From Anthoceros angustus (Eukaryota; Plantae; Anthocerotophyta): a stretch of DNA of 64,000 nucleotides. Made by a program: the position numbers and the translations under genes. Within the stretch, counting starts at the first letter, position 1, and every line of letters begins with the position of its first letter. The notes below the pieces were generated by a model. The model saw only the letters and a program-made list of their open reading frames with translations, ran no database searches and was not told the DNA's origin. The stretch covers positions 1-64,000 of the forward strand of contig MU008166.1 in the NCBI GenBank assembly GCA_010909165.1. The letters run 5' to 3'. Below are positions 63,666 through 64,000 of the stretch, piece by piece.

Positions 63666-64000
63666 ATGTTTGTGCCCCTTCCCCGGCGCGCTTCTGTAAC
63701 ATGGTTCTTTGCATCCCAAGCACCGGCCGAAACCATGGACAGCCTTCGTAACTTACATACTGATTTGAGGTCATGCGGGCCAGTGTTCGGATCATCCATT
63801 TTGTTGGGGCTAGAGCAAAGCAAGCCACCTGGAGGTCTGCAAGCGGTTCCTGCTGTCACAGGGTGAGAGTGCACTGCTTCTCTGATGCAAGCACCAGCTG
63901 CCGAGCTTCCAACGGGAGACATGTCAGGTGGGTTCACATGTAGAGTGGGAAATCCTGGGCGTTGTGCCCCTCAATCATGTTTTCAGATGCATTGGTGTTG
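63666..64000 (+). CDS. Possible 5' end of an unidentified gene divergent from TFCB (runs off the window)
   Basis: ATG-initiated coding-like frame MFVPLPRRASVTWFF..AVTG followed by GTGAG and GTGGG donor-like sites. No family recognised. Confidence 0.3.

Overview
Nuclear DNA of a land plant. Compact GC-rich genes with ~70-110 nt introns suggest a non-seed plant, possibly a hornwort, but this is an inference only. Positions ~1.1-35.6 kb are a tandem array of a ~2.15-2.2 kb unit. Each unit carries an apparently unannotated two-exon gene on the minus strand (TATA, signal-peptide exon, 76-nt GT-AG intron, Cys/Pro-rich exon ending APSPSP). Head-to-head with it is a segment homologous to the upstream region and first codons of the neighbouring leucine aminopeptidase gene. 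The array is interrupted by a scrambled Ty3/gypsy element (6.3-24.4 kb) whose junctions fall on short microhomologies and which contains near-identical duplicated blocks, probably at least partly an assembly artefact. It is also interrupted by a clean 3.7 kb TG..CA insertion with a 5-bp TSD, possibly a giant solo LTR. Positions 35.6-64 kb are gene-dense: M17 leucine aminopeptidase, GST2N/thioredoxin-like protein, PHT1 phosphate transporter with P1BS sites, NASP histone chaperone, intronless tafazzin/NAPE-synthase-type acyltransferase, plastid NAA70-type GNAT and tubulin cofactor B. Two TE graveyards lie among these genes. The second (56-60.5 kb) holds Copia and Ty3 fragments, a decayed bacterial-type beta-class N4/N6 DNA methyltransferase ORF, and two orphan reading frames that weakly resemble viral M/G genes. 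No rRNA, convincing tRNA or CRISPR was found.
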